Assembly: GCA_905178155.1 (NCBI GenBank)
Contig: CAJINV010000068.1
Location: 6,011-13,340 of the forward strand
Source of the DNA: Amoebophrya sp. A120
Lineage: Eukaryota; Protista; Dinoflagellata
Direction of reading: 5' to 3'
Length of the DNA: 7,330 bases
Both the position numbers and the translations under genes were made by a program. The notes below the pieces were generated by a model. The model had not been told where the DNA came from and made no database searches. It saw only the letters and a program-made list of their open reading frames with translations. Below, in pieces: positions 7,108-7,330 of this stretch (the stretch's first letter is position 1; every line of letters begins with the position of its first letter).

Positions 7108-7330
7108 TATCCTGAGTAAAAACGTACCCACACCAGAGTCAAGATGGGAAATCTGCTAGACAAATCGGCAAGCTTTGGGAGTTGTGCATGACAAGTTTCC
7201 GTCTGTAGTATAGTGGTGCATAGCAAGGCAAGCCGCATGAGAAAGCCAATTTCTCATCCTGTTTACAGCATTACAAATGCCAAATCACGATTGGAAATAC
7301 CTCTCATGAGGATGCGCATTACAAATGTTC
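7108..7330. mobile_element. Introner/MITE family B, copy 2 (truncated by window edge)
   Basis: Collinear with 1560-1782 at offset 5548, and the first 41 nt match at 40 positions. The preceding 5-mer TTCAG (7103-7107) is the candidate DR. Confidence 0.92.

Noticed and set aside
789-7330. Transposase or reverse transcriptase encoded by the elements
   Set aside because: All elements are under 420 bp with no DDE- or RT-like ORF, so they are non-autonomous.

Overview
This window reads as eukaryotic genomic DNA holding the interior of one long minus-strand gene. At least ~1160 codons can be reconstructed, and neither the start nor the stop lies in the window. The gene is interrupted by 14 MITE-like elements of about 140-415 bp that cover roughly half the window. 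These elements have terminal inverted repeats (TIRs) that nearly always begin TAY (TAT/TAC), flanking 5-bp direct repeats (DRs, i.e. target-site duplications), and a shared internal motif GCATGACAA. For the 12 complete, well-defined elements, removing the element plus one 5-bp DR joins the flanking ORF fragments in frame, so they behave as introns (introners). Most cannot have GT-AG ends. This matches the non-canonical IR+DR introners described in the parasitic dinoflagellate Amoebophrya, although the taxon is an inference. The reconstructed protein carries a Zn-dependent deaminase signature (RHAE-x50-PCVLC). No transposase, RNA gene or CRISPR array is visible. All alignments and counts were done by eye.
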